A stretch of DNA of 64,000 bases from the NCBI GenBank assembly GCA_051942205.1, contig JAVECO010000024.1, positions 1-64,000 on the forward strand, in the 5' to 3' direction. The notes beneath the pieces were generated by a model that saw only the letters and a program-made list of their open reading frames with translations, was not told the DNA's origin and searched no databases. Positions 61,371 through 64,000 of the stretch are shown piece by piece (the stretch's first letter is position 1; each line of letters opens with the position of its first letter). The position numbers and the translations under genes were made by a program. The stretch is from Coniocarpon cinnabarinum. Its lineage: Eukaryota.

Positions 61371-62248
61371 ATGTTCATACTGAGCACTATAGAGGACGTG
61401 GTGCACATCCAGCCCTGGGATTTGGGAAAACGCTCGCGCCAGGTCATCGAAGACAACGTCAATCAAAAATATGCAAACCGTGTCATACATGGCGTAGGAC
61501 TGTGCATCTGTTTCTTTGACCTATTGAGTGCAAGCGACGGAGTTATCGACAACGCGGCTGGACAAACTGGTGTGAATGTTAGTGGTAAGTGCGCGAGATT
61601 TTGTTCTATCCAAGGATGTCTGCTAGGGCGTGCTTTGAGGACTGAGTAGACGCATGCGGTTCTGCTGACAACTCGGCCATCAAGCGAAGTTCAGGATGCT
61701 CGTGTTCCGACCTTTTAGAGGTGAAATCATGCACGCCCAAATTGCCGAATCCACAGAAAACGGAATACGCTGTAAGCTCTCGACATACCCGCTGCGTTCT
61801 GAATCGCTCATGATCTTACGATTTCAAAGTATCAATGGACTTCTTTGACGACATACTCGTTCCACCGTCTCATCTCTTCGCCAATACCAAATTTGTCCAA
61901 CCATCCACCACATCGAGCGAGACCCGACCGGTATACATCTGGCACTTAGACCTCGAAGAGCCTGACGAAGAGACGGGCGAAATGGTTCGCAAATATCACT
62001 TCGACAAGACCATGACAGTGAGGTGGCGCGTAGAAGATGAAATCTGGCAGGATCAAGCACCAGCGGGTCCCGCGTTTCAATCAGTAGAACAGAACGCTGT
62101 AGCCGCTGCAAGAGGATTTGAGAGACCCAACGAACCCGGGGCAGATCTTGGTATAGACGAGCGGGAAGAGCTCAAGGCGAAGAGGGCACCGTGGCGGCTA
62201 ATCGGAAGCATGGCTCAGAGTGGGCTTGGATGTGTAGAGTGGTGGTGA
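61371..62248 (+). CDS. RPC25: RNA polymerase III subunit Rpc25 (~239 aa, 3 exons)
   Basis: MFILSTIEDVVHIQP...KYANRVIHGVGLCIC...VFRPFRGEI...MDFFDDILVP...GSMAQSGLGCVEWW. Exons 61371-61584, 61685-61771, 61830-62248. Confidence 0.93.
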
Positions 62249-62575
62249 AGCTGACAGAGAGTGAATAGGTACTAGCGTTCGGTAAACAAACATTGCAGAT
62301 AGGCAGGCCGAGGAGCGTCCAGAATAGTCAGGTGACATGACCAATCAGAGGGCGCCGGAGATCTTGGCAAGGATCTCCAGAGAGCCCCGGTGGCCCAGGC
62401 TTCGTCACCAACATCCAAACGATTCCTTCGGTCGCATCATTCAACCTTCAACCCTCCCCACCTCCGCTCTCCTCCTCCACCACGCCACCCTCTTTCTCGC
62501 AACCTCGTCACCTTTTCTCTAGATTTCGTCCATCCACTCGCTTCCTCTGCGCGCTAACCTGGCACAGCTGAGGCC

Positions 62576-63738
62576 ATGCCGCTCTGCGGCGGCGACAAGA
62601 CCGTCTCACGAAAGCTGGTGTTACTGTATGTTTGCGACCGTCTCAACCTCCGACACCGGTCTGGCATAATCTGCGACGAACCTCTGGCTAATGATGCACA
62701 GAGGCGACGGTGCCTGCGGGAAGACATCACTTCTCAACGTCTTCACAAGAGGGTACGTCTTCAACATGAGCAAGGCTACTGAATGTCCAGCTGACAGCAC
62801 CGCAGATACTTTCCTACAGTCTAGTACGTACGAGCTCTCACAACTCCGACCATCCCTTCGATTTTTACAGCAAATTCCGGCGCATCCGCAGGCTGAAGTC
62901 ACTTCCCAGCGGCTAACGTTTACGCCAGCGAACCTACCGTCTTCGAAAACTACGTCCACGACGTCTTCATTGATGGCAAGCACATCGAGCTCTCCCTCTG
63001 GGACACAGCCGGCCAAGAAGAATTCGACCGTCTACGATCCCTCTCCTACGATGACACCGACTGCATCATGCTCTGCTTCTCTGTACGTCCACACTCTAGC
63101 CGCCACCACAACTACGCCACCGCCCCATCTGCAACGTCCATACGCGGCCCCCGGCGCTTGCTAAAAAGGCTGTCGCACGGTCGCTTGCGCTTGTTTCAGC
63201 CCTCTTCAGGCTGAGTGGCAACGCCGACTGCTGACACGCCACCGTCGACATCTCACTCACGCATTTGGTTAATACCGATGACGTGGTCGCCACCATTCCC
63301 ACCACCGCGATGCACGCCTTCGACACCACGGCCTTGCGCTGCTCATGTGCTAACATTCGTCTTCAGGTTGACTCGCCCAGCTCCTTGGAAAATCTGAAGA
63401 CGAAATGGGTCGAAGAAATCGTCGAAAATTGCCTGGGCGTCGACATCGTCGTCTGCGCACTGAAATGTGATCTGCGCCCTGCGCCTGGCGAAATGCCCGA
63501 CACTGAAGATGACGAGGCGTCAGAACCGAAAATCCTCGCGGATGGCACGATGATGGTAACGTACGAAGAGGGCAAGGAGGCCGCGATCCAAGTACAAGCT
63601 TTGAAATACCTGGAATGCAGCGCCATGAAGAATCGAGGCGTGAACGAGGCCTTCACGGAGGCGGCGCGGGTCGCGCTAAGGTCGGAGGGACGGGGCAAGG
63701 GACGGAAGAGGTCGCGAGGAAAGTGCTGTGTCATGTGA
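62576..63738 (+). CDS. RHO3: Rho3 small GTPase (~214 aa, 5 exons)
   Basis: MPLCGG...[60 protein letters not shown]-terminal CCVM. Exons 62576-62625, 62702-62752, 62806-62823, 62929-63082, 63367-63738. Confidence 0.95.
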
Positions 63739-64000
63739 AGTGGCCTATTCACTGAGTGAGGAAAAGGCGTGGGGTGGTTTCCGCGCCAAGAGTTCATGAG
63801 AACAGTTGGGAGAGCGTAGGCGTTTGGGTTTGGACACGCTTGGGAGGCTGAGCATCGATAGCAGGACTGCGCTTGTATCAATACCTGCATGAACATATTG
63901 CAACATTGACTACTCAGCATTTGCCTAGAAGACAAGCCCCCCAAAGGAACAACTGCATACAAAAACACCGCTTGCAAATGGGGTCAGTGTAAGTGATATG

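Noticed and set aside
1..64000. Transposon, Starship or secondary-metabolite cluster
   Set aside because: No transposase, reverse transcriptase, tyrosine recombinase (DUF3435), PKS or NRPS motifs seen; most genes are unrelated housekeeping genes.

Overview
Eukaryotic, gene-dense DNA from a filamentous ascomycete (Pezizomycotina): short GT-AG introns with CTRAC/CTAAT branch points and fungal-specific gene families. The species cannot be determined from the sequence. Conserved genes, with exon structures rebuilt by hand: a Pho84-like MFS phosphate transporter, a Zn2Cys6 transcription factor, a DUF3433 membrane protein, MPO1, RPB7, DAP2, CDC55, a YEA4-like nucleotide-sugar transporter, RPT1, CCT4, CYS3, a NUFIP1/Rsa1-like protein, RPC25, RHO3 and two Kre9/Knh1-domain GPI proteins. 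Several apparently lineage-specific islands lie between them. (1) An old ~2.0-kb tandem duplication at ~39.8-42.9 kb; each unit holds a small 3-exon orphan gene (one intact, one with two stops) and an upstream array of regularly spaced ~24-bp motifs. (2) A zinc-finger plus Ser/Thr kinase fusion gene. (3) An intronless C2H2 protein whose extreme N-terminus resembles a HET-s-type amyloid signalling motif. (4) A repeat-rich 2.5-3.8 kb stretch with two oppositely oriented 15-bp minisatellites and micro-exon-like cassettes. I recognised no tRNA, rRNA, CRISPR array, transposase or Starship captain. Family assignments come from motif recognition, not database searches.
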